DNA from: Promethearchaeota archaeon
Lineage (GTDB): Archaea > Asgardarchaeota > Lokiarchaeia > Sigyniarchaeales > SOKP01
Direction of reading: 5' to 3'
NCBI GenBank assembly: GCA_030603385.1
Contig: JAUVXW010000035.1
Coordinates: forward strand, 1 to 49,574
DNA length: 49,574 nt
Under the pieces are notes generated by a model. That model saw only the letters and a program-made list of their open reading frames with translations. It was not told where the DNA came from and made no database searches. The position numbers and the translations under genes are program-made. Shown one piece after another: positions 38,114 to 48,649 of the stretch (its first letter is position 1; every line of letters begins with the position of its first letter).

Positions 38114-39760
38114 GTGTCTAGTTATATTATTAATTCAGAAGAAATTAAAGAAAAGATTTCTTTAGATAAAATTCACTCCATTCATGGTAAAAATAGAATT
38201 TTAACGGATTTTTCAACATACCTTATGGATGAAAGTAAACTAAATGGAGTTGCAGATTGGTTATTTTTTCCAAAATCTGAGGCAGAAATTGTTTCAATAT
38301 TAGATTTCTTACGGAAAAATAAAATTCAGACATATATTAGTGCGGCTCGGACAGGAATTGTTGGTGCTTGTGTTCCTTCTTCTGGTTCTGTTTTATCAAC
38401 CGAAAAGATGAATAAAATTATTGGAATTGGTTTAGATAAAAATAAAGGGAATTATTTCATTCGTGTTGAACCAGGAGTTACTCTGAACGAAATAAATGAT
38501 ACGTTGAAAAAGAAGGAAATTGATAATGTTGAAGAATTAACTCCCGATGCTAAAAAAAAGTTTAAAGAGTCAAATAAAGAATTTCATTATCCTGTTGATC
38601 CAACAGAGATGTCTGCAACAATTGGTGGAACTGTAGCGACGAATGCCTCGGGGGCTAGAACCCTGAAGTATGGTCCTACAAGAGAATGGATTAAGGGATT
38701 AAGAGTTAATTTATCTTCTGGTGATATTTTAGCTATTCAACGTGGAAAGTATTTTGCTTCAAATAAGGGTTATTTTGTTGTAAATAAATCGGATGGAAAC
38801 AAATTGGAATTTAAGATTCCAAATTATATATTCAACACAATAGTGAAAAATGCCGCTGGAATTTATTCTAAACCGAATATGGATTTTATTGATTTATTTA
38901 TTGGAAGCGAAGGAATTTTAGGTGTCATTACACAAATTGATATTTGGATTATTGAAAAACACCCTTTAATTTATAATATTTTATTCTTTAATTCTGAAGA
39001 AGAAGCAATAAGTTTTAGTGAATTAATACGAGAAAATAAAATTATATCTCCGGAATTCATAGAATTTTTTTCATTCGAAGCATTAAATCTTTTGAAAAAG
39101 GTACAAAATGAAGATCCTAGTTCGATAAGCATGCCTCAAATTCCAATTTATGCTAAATCAGCAATATTCTTTGATTTACCATATTCTGAAGATAATTTAG
39201 ATAAAATTTTTAGTGAAATAAATAGTATTGCAGAAAAGTATAAAACTAATTTATCAGAGGGTTGGTCAGGTTATGAAAATCAAGATTTTGCTCGATTTAA
39301 GCATTTTAGACATGCATTACCAGAAATCATTAATGCGATAATTGCTCAACGCAAACTAGAATTTCCCCAATTACATAAACTCGGAACGGATATGAGTATA
39401 CCTAAAGGAAATTTCAGAAATATGATGAAATATTATCATTCTGTTCTACAAAATACAAATTTAGAATATGTTATTTTTGGTCATCTTGGAGATAATCACG
39501 TGCACGTTAATATACTCCCAAAAAATATGGAAGATTTGCGATTAGGGGAAAAAATCTACGAAAAATTTGCAAAAAGAGCAGTAGAATATGGTGGAAGTAT
39601 ATCTGCAGAGCATGGAATTGGAAAGATAAAAAGAGAGTACTTAAAAATTATGTATGGTCAAAAAGAACTTGATGAAATGCGTCTAATTAAGAAAACTCTC
39701 GATCCATCTTTAACATTAAATTATGGTAATATTATTAGTTTTGAACCGGAGGAGGAATAG
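38114..39760 (+). CDS. FAD-linked oxidase (GlcD / D-lactate dehydrogenase family)
   Basis: PVDP...ATIGGTVATNASG, GSEGILG, GHLGDNHVH, SAEHGIGK. Confidence 0.9.
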   Translation: MSSYIINSEEIKEKISLDKIHSIHGKNRILTDFSTYLMDESKLNGVADWLFFPKSEAEIVSILDFLRKNKIQTYISAARTGIVGACVPSSGSVLSTEKMNKIIGIGLDKNKGNYFIRVEPGVTLNEINDTLKKKEIDNVEELTPDAKKKFKESNKEFHYPVDPTEMSATIGGTVATNASGARTLKYGPTREWIKGLRVNLSSGDILAIQRGKYFASNKGYFVVNKSDGNKLEFKIPNYIFNTIVKNAAGIYSKPNMDFIDLFIGSEGILGVITQIDIWIIEKHPLIYNILFFNSEEEAISFSELIRENKIISPEFIEFFSFEALNLLKKVQNEDPSSISMPQIPIYAKSAIFFDLPYSEDNLDKIFSEINSIAEKYKTNLSEGWSGYENQDFARFKHFRHALPEIINAIIAQRKLEFPQLHKLGTDMSIPKGNFRNMMKYYHSVLQNTNLEYVIFGHLGDNHVHVNILPKNMEDLRLGEKIYEKFAKRAVEYGGSISAEHGIGKIKREYLKIMYGQKELDEMRLIKKTLDPSLTLNYGNIISFEPEEE

Positions 39761-39904
39761 AAAATCATTGAATTTGACAAAAAATCTATAGAAAATAAAA
39801 AATTTTTAGAAATCTCCTTAATAGATACCATTCATAAATCATTGCTTTTATAGTACATAAATGTTATATTCTAATGTGAGGAAATATATCTTTCATTTAG
39901 GTGA

Positions 39905-42064
39905 TTGTCAATTACTACTATAAAGTGTTCAACATCTTTTTGTGAAGAAATTGAGGAGGAATCAGAGGAAGAATCTTTTTTTGAAGAACATTTTTGGTAC
40001 TTCCTTATACCCGCAGGGATAATATTAGCAATCTCAATTTTTATAGAAATAACTTTCGAATTGATAATTGTTGATCAAATTTTAGCCATTCTATCAATTT
40101 TTCTTTCCAGTTCAAGTGTAGTAAAAGAGGCAATCGAAAATATTAAAAACAAGAAAATCACGGCCAACATTTTAATGATAATAGCTGCAATTGCCTCATT
40201 TTTTATCCTCCATGGACAAGAAGGGGCGACTGCATTACTGTTATATGCAATAGCAGAAAGGTTAGAGGAAATAACTGCTGATAAATCGAGAAATGCGATC
40301 AAAGAACTGTTAGAATTAGCTCCTGATTATGCTTTGCTGAAAACTGAAAATGGATATCAAAATGTACCATCTAAAGAAATCAAAATTGGAAATATAGTAG
40401 GGATAAAACCTGGAATGAAAGTTCCATTAGATGGAGTTATTGTTAAGGGAAGTTCCTACTTTGATGAAAGTGCGATAACAGGAGAATCAGTTCCGGTCTT
40501 TAAAAAAGATAGAGATGGAATTTTTGCAGCGAGTCTGAATTCAGATAGTTTTGTGGATATTGAAGTCACTCGAGAAAGCACAAATACAATCGTGGCTCAA
40601 ATTGCTGAGAGTGTAAAAATTGCTCAACAAAACAAAAGCGAACATGAAAGATTTATTGAAAAATTCGCTAGATATTATACTCCAATTATAATTCTATCAT
40701 CTATTTTCGTTATGTTTGTTCCTCTCATATTTAACTTAAACTTCTATGATTGGTTTTATCGTGGATTAGTTCTTTTAGTAGTTTCTTGTCCATGTGCTCT
40801 TACGTTATCAACTCCTTTAGCAAATATCGCATCTTTAACAAAGCAAGCAAGAGAAGGAATTTTAGTTAAAGGGAACAAATTTATTGAAAAAATTCAAGAC
40901 ATCGACGTATTTGCGTTTGATAAAACTGGTACACTCACTGAGGGTAATTTAAAATTATTTGATATTTTTAATTATAATGGGGCTTCAAAATCTAACATTA
41001 TAAGTATAGCCGCTAGTTTGGAAGCTCTTTCAGAACATCCTATTGGAAAAACAATAGTTAAACAAGCAAAAGATATGGATTTATCCTTTCAAACAGTTGA
41101 TAATTTTGAAGTAATTAAAGGAAAAGGAATAAAAGGAAAAATAAATGGTGAACTTTTTTATGTAGGAAGTAAAAAGTTTATTCAAGAACTAAATTATGAG
41201 CTTCCTAATGATGATATTAAAGAAATCGAAGAATCAGGTACAATTCCAATATTATTAGGAAATGAACAGAATTTACTGGGGATATTTTCAATTAGAGATG
41301 TATTACGAGTTTCAGCTCCAATCCTGATAAATGGTTTAAAGAGAAGAGGATATGAAACTATTTTAATATCCGGTGATAATCAGAGGGTATGTAATTCAAT
41401 TGGAGCTTGTTTAGACATAGATCATACATATGGAGAATATTTACCAAATCAAAAGCTTCAAAAAATTCAGGAATTGAAGAAACAATATAAGGGAGTAGCA
41501 ATGGTTGGCGATGGGATTAATGATGCTCCTGCTTTGGCTCTTTCAGATTTAGGGATTGCCATTGGGGCCTCTGCGGCAGATATTACACTTAAAACTGCTG
41601 ATATTATCATCATCAATGATGATTTAAAGAAAGTCCTTACGTATGTAGATATTGCTAAAAAAACAAATAGAAAAATAAAACAAAATATCTGGACATCTAT
41701 TATAATTAAAGTATCATTTGCAGTACTAACAGTTATGGGGTTAATGAATCTATGGTTTGCTGTAGGAATTGGCGATATGGGACTCTCTCTGGCTATTATG
41801 CTAAATAGTATGACTATTTTTAGGTATAAGATCCTTTATAAAGAAGTTTCGACTGAGGAATTGGAGAATAAGGCAAAGTTAGTTATTTGTAAAAATTGTG
41901 AAACAAAAAATATTATTCCACAACACCATGGTAGGGATATGGTTCAGAAAGAAGATAAATTAGTTTGTTGGAAGAATATTCTAAGTAGTGAGGAATTGGA
42001 AACTTGCGATGAGGAATTACCACTTCACTGTCCTTACTGTCAAAATAAGATGGAATTAAAATAG
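39905..42064 (+). CDS. heavy-metal P1B-2-type ATPase (Zn/Cd/Pb) with C-terminal Cys/His domain
   Basis: TGES, SCPC, DKTGTLT, SEHP, GDGINDAP, TM Lys and DMG. Confidence 0.93.
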   Translation: MSITTIKCSTSFCEEIEEESEEESFFEEHFWYFLIPAGIILAISIFIEITFELIIVDQILAILSIFLSSSSVVKEAIENIKNKKITANILMIIAAIASFFILHGQEGATALLLYAIAERLEEITADKSRNAIKELLELAPDYALLKTENGYQNVPSKEIKIGNIVGIKPGMKVPLDGVIVKGSSYFDESAITGESVPVFKKDRDGIFAASLNSDSFVDIEVTRESTNTIVAQIAESVKIAQQNKSEHERFIEKFARYYTPIIILSSIFVMFVPLIFNLNFYDWFYRGLVLLVVSCPCALTLSTPLANIASLTKQAREGILVKGNKFIEKIQDIDVFAFDKTGTLTEGNLKLFDIFNYNGASKSNIISIAASLEALSEHPIGKTIVKQAKDMDLSFQTVDNFEVIKGKGIKGKINGELFYVGSKKFIQELNYELPNDDIKEIEESGTIPILLGNEQNLLGIFSIRDVLRVSAPILINGLKRRGYETILISGDNQRVCNSIGACLDIDHTYGEYLPNQKLQKIQELKKQYKGVAMVGDGINDAPALALSDLGIAIGASAADITLKTADIIIINDDLKKVLTYVDIAKKTNRKIKQNIWTSIIIKVSFAVLTVMGLMNLWFAVGIGDMGLSLAIMLNSMTIFRYKILYKEVSTEELENKAKLVICKNCETKNIIPQHHGRDMVQKEDKLVCWKNILSSEELETCDEELPLHCPYCQNKMELK

Positions 42065-42068
42065 TATA

Positions 42069-42180
42069 TTATTTTTTCCTTAATTGATCTAATTTTTCTT
42101 TTAGTACTGTAGTTTCTTCTTTAGATAAGGTCTCCAGATAATAGTTTTTACCCAATTCCACACATAGTACAGAAAGTCAT
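42069..42180 (-). pseudogene. possible gene remnant: zinc-ribbon start out of frame with a helical C-terminus
   Basis: MTFCTMCGIG* overlaps a second frame VELGKNYYLETLSKEETTVLKEKLDQLRKK*. Confidence 0.3.
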
Positions 42181-42342
42181 GATAATAACTTCTTAGAAAA
42201 TAATTGGAAAAAAGGGAAAAACTATATTTATGAGCCTAAATATGAAATTTTGTCTTAATGCGAATTTATAAATAGAGAATCAAATAAATTACAAATAAGT
42301 AATAAAAATAAGAAACATATTAATATAGGAGGAAATTAAGAG

Positions 42343-43878
42343 ATGGAAACAATTAGAGAACCAGCGAGAGACATCCCGATCTGGGATAAAGTGGATGTGA
42401 TCGTTGTTGGTGGCGGACCAGCAGGAACAGGAGCAGCTTTGGCCTCTGCTCGAACTGGTGCTAAAACAGTTCTAATAGAACGGTTTGGTAGCCTGGGTGG
42501 ACAGCAAACACAGGGTTTAAATTCGGTTTTCTCGCGCGTGGATCCAGAATTACATAATGGAATTGTGCAAGAGGTTATCCAGCGTCTTATGAAGGGTGGA
42601 GCCATGAGAATACCAAATGAAAGGCAAATACGACGGAATGCCATGACATCGCGCTTGATTAAGCGTTATGGTGAAGAAAACTTACCAAAACGGTTGCTTA
42701 ACACGAATGTAGGTTGGTGGGGTGGTGATAAGATCTTTGACCTCGAATATTACAAGTTTCTTCTTGATTCAATGATGCAAGAAGCGGGTGTTAAGATGTA
42801 TCTTCATTCTTTTGCAGCTGGTGTCATAAGAGATGGAAACACGCTCAAGGGTATCATTACGGAAGGTAAAGAAGGCAGACGTGCAGTTCTAGGGAAGGCT
42901 ATAATTGACACCACTGGTGATGGTGATATTGCGTGGAAATGCGGAGCACCAGTTATGGATGACAAAATACCATTAGGTCGGCGGAAGGGGCGCAATATGG
43001 GATCGTTAACAGCGTTTTACCTTGGTGGTGTAGATGTTGGGAAATGGTTAGAATTCAGGAGAACTCATAAGGATGAATGGGGGCAAATGTATGGTGGCCA
43101 CAGAATAGTTAAAGAGGCGCGAAACAAAGGGGCATACATCAGAGGAGACAGTATTATATTGTCACCGTTACACAGCGTTCATGGAGGTGGAAGGATATGG
43201 GTGATGAACCCGATGTATGGTCCACGAGAAGATCACCACTTATGGATGGCTGAAGAACAAACAAATCTTGAAGTAAGCCTTAGGAAACAAGCATTTGCAG
43301 TACAAAACTTACTAAAGGAGCAAGTCCCTGGCTTTGAGAAATGTTTCGTTGAGAAAACAGCCAATTACCCAGTAACGACAATGCATAGAATCATAGGAGA
43401 TCATATAATAACAGTAGCCGAAATGCGCGAGGGTAAGACGTTTGAGGATTCCATTGCCATAAACAACCAACCTCCGGACATCTGGGAAGTTACTGGGAGG
43501 TTTGGTTATGAGATCCTCCCTCATGATGTTCCTTATCGCTCGATAGTTTCTAAAGAAGTAGATAATCTATTAGCAGCAGGCACAACAATTTCTTGCGGAC
43601 TCTTCACTGACGGTGGGTTGAGGTATTGTACTCCAAGCATTTGTACCGGTCAAGCAGCAGGCACAGCGGCTGCACTAGCCGCCAAGAACAATGTAAGTCC
43701 GATAGATCTGGATGTAAACTTGTTGCGGGACACTCTCCGTAGACAAAACGCACGAGTTAGTGTCAGAGAAGTATCAGAAGAAGCTATTGAGCCATATCGG
43801 TTCATAAAGAAGATATCAAAAGTAGGTAAGAAGAGTTCAGATGTCAATATTGATGAAGAAGAGATAGGTAAATATTAG
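42343..43878 (+). CDS. FAD-dependent oxidoreductase (FAD_oxidored family)
   Basis: VVGGGPAG, IDTTGDGD, VPYRSIV...NLLAAG, TGQAAGTAA; AGGAGG RBS. Confidence 0.88.
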   Translation: METIREPARDIPIWDKVDVIVVGGGPAGTGAALASARTGAKTVLIERFGSLGGQQTQGLNSVFSRVDPELHNGIVQEVIQRLMKGGAMRIPNERQIRRNAMTSRLIKRYGEENLPKRLLNTNVGWWGGDKIFDLEYYKFLLDSMMQEAGVKMYLHSFAAGVIRDGNTLKGIITEGKEGRRAVLGKAIIDTTGDGDIAWKCGAPVMDDKIPLGRRKGRNMGSLTAFYLGGVDVGKWLEFRRTHKDEWGQMYGGHRIVKEARNKGAYIRGDSIILSPLHSVHGGGRIWVMNPMYGPREDHHLWMAEEQTNLEVSLRKQAFAVQNLLKEQVPGFEKCFVEKTANYPVTTMHRIIGDHIITVAEMREGKTFEDSIAINNQPPDIWEVTGRFGYEILPHDVPYRSIVSKEVDNLLAAGTTISCGLFTDGGLRYCTPSICTGQAAGTAAALAAKNNVSPIDLDVNLLRDTLRRQNARVSVREVSEEAIEPYRFIKKISKVGKKSSDVNIDEEEIGKY

Positions 43879-43908
43879 ATGAATAAATCTATCAGCTCTT
43901 CCTTTTTT

Positions 43909-45498
43909 TTAATTAAATGTTAAGTACTTGGCTGAAGTAATATGGGGTAACTTCGCAAGCTGGGAGAGCACTTCTTCGGGTACGGAATTATCTACATTTA
44001 TAAGTGATATCGCAATCCCACCGGGTTCGTTTCGACCCAGCTGAAATCCTGCAATGTTGATATTTTTTTCGCCAAGAAAAGTTCCTACTCGACCAACTAC
44101 ACCAGGAAAATCTTGATTTTCTAGCATTAGAATTCCTCCAGAGAGTTTTGCCTCAATTGGGAAGAGATTGATCTTCATGATTTTTTGGATATTTCCAAAG
44201 AGGATTCCTGATACTGATGTTTTTTTTTTCTCAGTAATTGTAATTACACGAATCAAACTTGCATAGTTCTCTAATTTTGTCGATCTTGTTTCAGTTACTT
44301 TGATTCCGCGCTCTTCGGCAATAATACGAGCGTTGACTAAATTGACATCCTCAGTTTGGTGCTGAAGGAGCCCCTTTAGGACCGAGATTGTGAGTGGGGC
44401 TATTGTAAGATTCGATGCTTCCCCTAGATACTCCACACGGAGCTCATTAAGAGGATTTTCTAGAAGCTGTCCATGAAATGAACCTAATTTCTCACAAAGG
44501 GATAAATAAGGTCGTAATATTGGAAGTAGCTCCGGTGCCACACAAGGGAAGTTAACTGAATTTCGAATTATCCCCTTTTTAAGAAAATCGCTAATTTGCT
44601 CTGCAATCAGTATAGCAACTTTTTCCTGAGCTTCCATAGTAGATGCACCTAAATGAGGGGTTAGAATTACGTTAGGATGTTTATGTAGTAAAGTATCTGA
44701 TGGTGGTGGTTCTATAGGGTAAACATCAATTGCCACACCCTTAACATGGTTGGATTGAAGAGCTTTTAAAAGATCCGATTCGTTGATTAATGCTCCTCGT
44801 GCACAATTGATAATAAAAACTCCTTTTTTCATCTTGTTAATTGCTTGAGTATTAATCATTTCTTTTGTCTCAGGTGTGAGGGGTGTGTGAAAGGTGATAA
44901 AATCGGAGCGAGTATAAATATCATCAAGGTTGACTGGTTCCACGCCTAACTTCAATATGTCCTCATTGGAAACATAGGGATCGTATCCTATAACAACCAT
45001 TCTAAGACCTAAGGCTCGTTCAGCCACAACTTTTCCAATATTCCCCATACCAACAATCCCAAAAACTTTATCAGTAAGTTCAGTTCCTATGAACTTTTTC
45101 TTCTCCCACCTTCCCTCCTTCATAGAGGCGGAAGCTTGGGGCACTTGACGTGCAAGAGCAAGCATTAAAGCGATGGCGTGTTCTCCTGTAGTAATTGTAT
45201 TACCTCCCGGGGTGTTCATAACAACTATCCCTTTTTTTGTAGCAATGGTCTTATCGATATTGTCTGTACCAGAACCTGCACGACCTATTACTTTTAAACG
45301 AGAAATTCCATCAAACACTTTTGCAGTTATTTTTGTAGCTCCCCGGATGACAATACCATCATAATTATCAATAATGCTAGCCAATTCTTCCAAGTTAATT
45401 TTTCCTTTTACATCAACGTGAATGCCTTCTCGAGTGAACACCTTAACTCCAGACATGTGTAAATTATCAAGAATGAGTACTTTAAAGTTTCCCATCAT
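43909..45498 (-). CDS. serA: D-3-phosphoglycerate dehydrogenase (type I, with ASB and ACT domains)
   Basis: GRAGSGTDNID, GMGNIG, INCARG, TPHLGAST, C-terminal ACT (DFPGVVGRVG...NIA). Confidence 0.95.
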   Translation of the reverse strand: MMGNFKVLILDNLHMSGVKVFTREGIHVDVKGKINLEELASIIDNYDGIVIRGATKITAKVFDGISRLKVIGRAGSGTDNIDKTIATKKGIVVMNTPGGNTITTGEHAIALMLALARQVPQASASMKEGRWEKKKFIGTELTDKVFGIVGMGNIGKVVAERALGLRMVVIGYDPYVSNEDILKLGVEPVNLDDIYTRSDFITFHTPLTPETKEMINTQAINKMKKGVFIINCARGALINESDLLKALQSNHVKGVAIDVYPIEPPPSDTLLHKHPNVILTPHLGASTMEAQEKVAILIAEQISDFLKKGIIRNSVNFPCVAPELLPILRPYLSLCEKLGSFHGQLLENPLNELRVEYLGEASNLTIAPLTISVLKGLLQHQTEDVNLVNARIIAEERGIKVTETRSTKLENYASLIRVITITEKKKTSVSGILFGNIQKIMKINLFPIEAKLSGGILMLENQDFPGVVGRVGTFLGEKNINIAGFQLGRNEPGGIAISLINVDNSVPEEVLSQLAKLPHITSAKYLTFN

Positions 45499-45663
45499 CT
45501 CTCCTTTCTATCTAGCCTATATATAAAATTCTAACTTTAATTAGTAAAATTCTTAATTTTCTATATCTAAGTTCTAATGATTGATAGAGTAAAATTTGTT
45601 CATTTAAATTTATTACTACAAGAAAGAATAAAAATTTAATTTTATAGATTTATATAAGTGATT

Positions 45664-47478
45664 TCATTTACCTATTAGTTCTTTAAATTCTTTTAAGTCT
45701 TTTATACCATCAAGTTTTTTATCTTGTAATGCTCTCTCAATATAAGCTTTATCAAATTCTATTACTTTTTTTAATAATTCAAAAGCTTTTGCTTGATTAT
45801 TTCTTAGTGATTCTAGGCAAGCAAAATTATATAAAATCTCACTATTCGTAGGATCTTTCTTCAATGCCTTGTTGAGATGATATACTGCTTTTTCAAAATT
45901 TCTTATATTTAAAAATAAATAACCAAGGTTATTTTGAACATCAGTAACGTTATAATTATAAGTTTTAGGGTCTTCTTTTGCAAAAATTTTAAAGATTTTT
46001 AGAGCATCAAGGTACATTTGTTCCGCATCTTCAAATTTCTGTAATCTGGTGGATATAGTTCCAAGAGAGTTCTGGATAATAGCAACATTGTATAAGTATA
46101 CTTCTGGATTTTGTTCTGCTAATTGTCTAGAAATCTTTAATGCTTCACTGAACATTGGTTCTGCTTCCTCAAATTTATTTAAAGTAGCATATAAATCCCC
46201 GAGATCTAATAGCGTAAGGGCTAGTTCGGGGTAAACCTGCTCGGGATAATGTTCCGCTATTTTTTTTTTAATTTTTAATGCTGCAAGGTGCATCCGTTCT
46301 GCATCTTCAAATTTCATTAATTCACTATAAATGAGTCCAAGATTACTCTGAGTCTTAGCAATATCGATTAGATACATATCATAAGACATTTTCGCTAATG
46401 TTTTGTAACTCTCTATTGAATCAATGGAACCATCCTGAATATCTTCTATTAAGTCTAAATCAATACCTACATTTCCAAATTCACTTTTAATTGATGGCTC
46501 TTCGGGTAGATATATATCGTAATATCGTTTTAATAACTCATTATATGCCTTCAAATCATCAATATATGACTTTTCTACACCACTATAGTCTTTTGAATGA
46601 AAGTCAGGAGAATGTGCATCATAATACTGTCTTTCTAACTCCTTGTATGAACTTAAGGCATCGCTATATATTTTTTCTGCCTCTTCAAATCTTTTTAAAT
46701 CTATATATAATGTTCCGAGGTTTTTTTGAGTCGCAGCGATATAGGGTAAATATATTCTGTAATATTTTTTCGCCAAATTTTGATATAAATCTAAAGCATT
46801 AAGGTAGATTCTCTCTGCAGTCTCAGAATTTCCTAAAACAGATAATAGATTTCCAAGTACTATTAGAATTGGTGCTTTGTATTTATCTTCAAGTATAAAT
46901 AATTCTTCCGCAATATCAATCAATCTTTTGTGTCTATTATCAAATTGTTCTATATTATTAGCAATTGCTAGAAATTCAGTTACTAATTCCTCAGTTGGAT
47001 TTAACTTTGCTTTATGAAAAAGAACCTCAATTTTATCAAAAAGATCATCTTTAAATTTATATACATAATAGTTTATAGCATTTTCATGATGTTTTTCATC
47101 TGTTAGGGGTCGTAAAACCTCTTGAATTTGGGAAAATGAGAATTCGTATATCTCCTCTTTTCCCTCTTTTTCTTTTATTAATCCTGTATCTAATAATTCA
47201 CTGAAGATATTCTCGATATTTGGTAGTTTATAGGAGCTTTTAATGCTTTTATAATCAATGTTAGTTTCTATCTCCGTATTTAAAACACTCAGATTCTTAA
47301 GCAACAGTAATGCTTCTTGGTTTGATGAAAGAATCTCTTCAATAATTTGAATATAAAAATTCGCTACTTGCGTTTCATCAAAAACCTTCAATTTATCGAA
47401 ATCTATTCTTTGATAATTTTTTTTTATTATCTTTTCTAAAGCAGTATGTCCTTTAGGGAATTTTTTAATTAATTCCAT
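45664..47478 (-). CDS. winged-helix + TPR repeat protein
   Basis: ELLDTGLI...YEF wHTH; long kinesin-light-chain-like TPRs (NLGTLY...FEEAE); final YNFACLES repeat. Confidence 0.8.
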   Translation of the reverse strand: MELIKKFPKGHTALEKIIKKNYQRIDFDKLKVFDETQVANFYIQIIEEILSSNQEALLLLKNLSVLNTEIETNIDYKSIKSSYKLPNIENIFSELLDTGLIKEKEGKEEIYEFSFSQIQEVLRPLTDEKHHENAINYYVYKFKDDLFDKIEVLFHKAKLNPTEELVTEFLAIANNIEQFDNRHKRLIDIAEELFILEDKYKAPILIVLGNLLSVLGNSETAERIYLNALDLYQNLAKKYYRIYLPYIAATQKNLGTLYIDLKRFEEAEKIYSDALSSYKELERQYYDAHSPDFHSKDYSGVEKSYIDDLKAYNELLKRYYDIYLPEEPSIKSEFGNVGIDLDLIEDIQDGSIDSIESYKTLAKMSYDMYLIDIAKTQSNLGLIYSELMKFEDAERMHLAALKIKKKIAEHYPEQVYPELALTLLDLGDLYATLNKFEEAEPMFSEALKISRQLAEQNPEVYLYNVAIIQNSLGTISTRLQKFEDAEQMYLDALKIFKIFAKEDPKTYNYNVTDVQNNLGYLFLNIRNFEKAVYHLNKALKKDPTNSEILYNFACLESLRNNQAKAFELLKKVIEFDKAYIERALQDKKLDGIKDLKEFKELIGK

Positions 47479-47646
47479 TACTTTATTTGGGTATCTTACC
47501 TTAAATCACTTCTTTTTCTTCCTAATTATTAATGTTGAATTTCATACTTTACTATTTAAATTTACTTGATTTTTTAAGAGATCTGGTAATAGTTAAGATA
47601 ATTTTAAAGAACTGTAAATTTATTTCTTTATTACTTAATTAAAATT

Positions 47647-48357
47647 TTATTTCTTTTCTTCCCGCATCATTTTTATATCCTTTGCAAAATAAGAGTCTCC
47701 ATATGAGGTATATAAAACTGCTGCAGGATTGTGTGGGTTTGACCTATCCTTAGCGATAAATGTAGTTACAGGTGCTTTAGAAAGATGAGTAAATGTAATG
47801 TCATGTCCTACACATAATCCAACTATAATATTCATATCAGTTTTTGCTTTATTGAGTAGTAATGCTTGAGCTGCAGGGTTACATGTCATAATTCCAATAA
47901 GATAACCAGTTTTTGAAACCATTGTATATTCTTTAGGAACCTCGACATCAGTTTTTTTAATAGATTCAGTTTTACAACAAACGGAACAGACTTCAAATCC
48001 ATATTTATTTAGGATCTCAGCAGTTTTCTCAGCTTCTTTTCGTAAGCCGACACAGAATGCTAATCCCAACTTTTTAAAGCCCATTCCCTTCGCATATTCT
48101 ATTGTATCCTTTAAACGAGGCCAATTAATATACCCTTGAGCTTCTACAATAGATGCAATGCTAGTTGATTTTTTTAGAAATTCATCCATTTTATAGAGAT
48201 TCATTACTTCCTCTTCGATTTCAGGATAAACAACCATTGGACAATTTTGTTTTTGTGTGTTGGGATTCCCAACTGTACAATAATGAATACTGTTACATTC
48301 ATGACATGTAGGGTCTATTTGAATCTCTTTATTAGATTTTTCAACATCTTTTGGCAT
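47647..48357 (-). CDS. DUF1847 metal-binding protein
   Basis: GLAFCVGL, SVCCK, CNPAAQA, GLCVGHD, KDR...HNP. Confidence 0.88.
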   Translation of the reverse strand: MPKDVEKSNKEIQIDPTCHECNSIHYCTVGNPNTQKQNCPMVVYPEIEEEVMNLYKMDEFLKKSTSIASIVEAQGYINWPRLKDTIEYAKGMGFKKLGLAFCVGLRKEAEKTAEILNKYGFEVCSVCCKTESIKKTDVEVPKEYTMVSKTGYLIGIMTCNPAAQALLLNKAKTDMNIIVGLCVGHDITFTHLSKAPVTTFIAKDRSNPHNPAAVLYTSYGDSYFAKDIKMMREEKK

Positions 48358-48533
48358 TTTGAATCATAATTTACTATTTATTTTTGGTTTATAATTTATA
48401 ATACTCTATTAGGTAAAAATTTCAAACTAATTGAACAAATAGTTAAATTATTTTAATTTTTATCATAAGAAATGATTTAGAATTTTATTTTAGTTTTAAT
48501 TCATTTTTATTAATCACATTAAGCATTTAAAGT

Positions 48534-48618
48534 GCGGGAATAGCTAAGTCTGGTTCAAAGCGCTGGACTCAGAATCCAGTCTCGCAGGAGTTCGGGAGTT
48601 CAAATCTCCCTTCCCGCA
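48534..48618 (+). tRNA. tRNA-Leu(CAG), long variable arm, no intron, CCA not encoded
   Basis: Acceptor stem GCGGGAA/TTCCCGC, discriminator A; anticodon arm CTGGA-CTCAGAA-TCCAG; T-loop TTCAAAT. Confidence 0.96.
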
Positions 48619-48649
48619 TTGAATTAACAACAAACCGAAATGATTATTT

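Noticed and set aside
535-46802. Short antisense or overlapping ORFs in the track (e.g. 535-789, 5402-5608, 7716-7910, 30166-30678, 32129-32626, 42336-42644, 46491-46802)
   Set aside because: They lie within well-supported genes and show no protein motifs; shadow ORFs.
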